In this document: one piece after another, positions 63,873 through 64,000 of the stretch | Position numbering within the stretch: the first letter of the stretch is position 1 | How the letters are laid out: every line of letters starts with the position of its first letter | Assembly (NCBI RefSeq): GCF_009914755.1 | Contig: NC_060930.1 | Origin: the human T2T-CHM13v2.0 reference genome, Homo sapiens | DNA length: 64,000 bases | Strand: one strand, 5' to 3' | The notes under the pieces: generated by a model | The model's database searches: none | What the model saw: the letters and a program-made list of their open reading frames with translations, nothing else | What the model was told of the DNA's origin: nothing | Made by a program: the position numbers and the translations under genes

Positions 63873-64000
63873 TAAAACCTGTTTTATAAAAAAGGGAATT
63901 ATTGTGAGACTTCAATGAGCCAGTGCATACACATCTAGATTTTGGACAGTGCCTGAAACATAGGAAGGATCTAATGAATGTAAGCCAGTTATCATTAATA

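Overview
Primate, almost certainly human, AT-rich and retrotransposon-dense DNA from the olfactory-receptor cluster of the extended MHC (6p22.1). It contains one intact OR gene (OR2J2, 32365-33303) and its disabled neighbour (OR2J4P-like, 40255-41190). Most of the rest is L1, Alu, LTR and DNA-transposon sequence. Five structures stand out. (1) A rearranged retrocopy of the lncRNA NORAD at 16.7-24.9 kb keeps its ~310-nt repeat units and 10 perfect Pumilio elements on one strand, and its CpG-rich 5' end is present twice as a near-identical convergent inverted repeat. (2) An ancient cTAGE5/MIA2-family processed pseudogene (54.2-57.5 kb) is split by four insertions. (3) Two L1 3' transductions are delimited by target-site duplications (TSDs). 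(4) A 1.7-kb inversion through a MER52 LTR has several short templated insertions at its junctions. (5) An out-of-frame ancestral start codon overlaps the OR2J2 start. Gene and repeat-family names come from recalled sequences, not searches. Identities were counted by eye and repeat boundaries are approximate. The sequence alone cannot show that any of these elements is expressed or functional.
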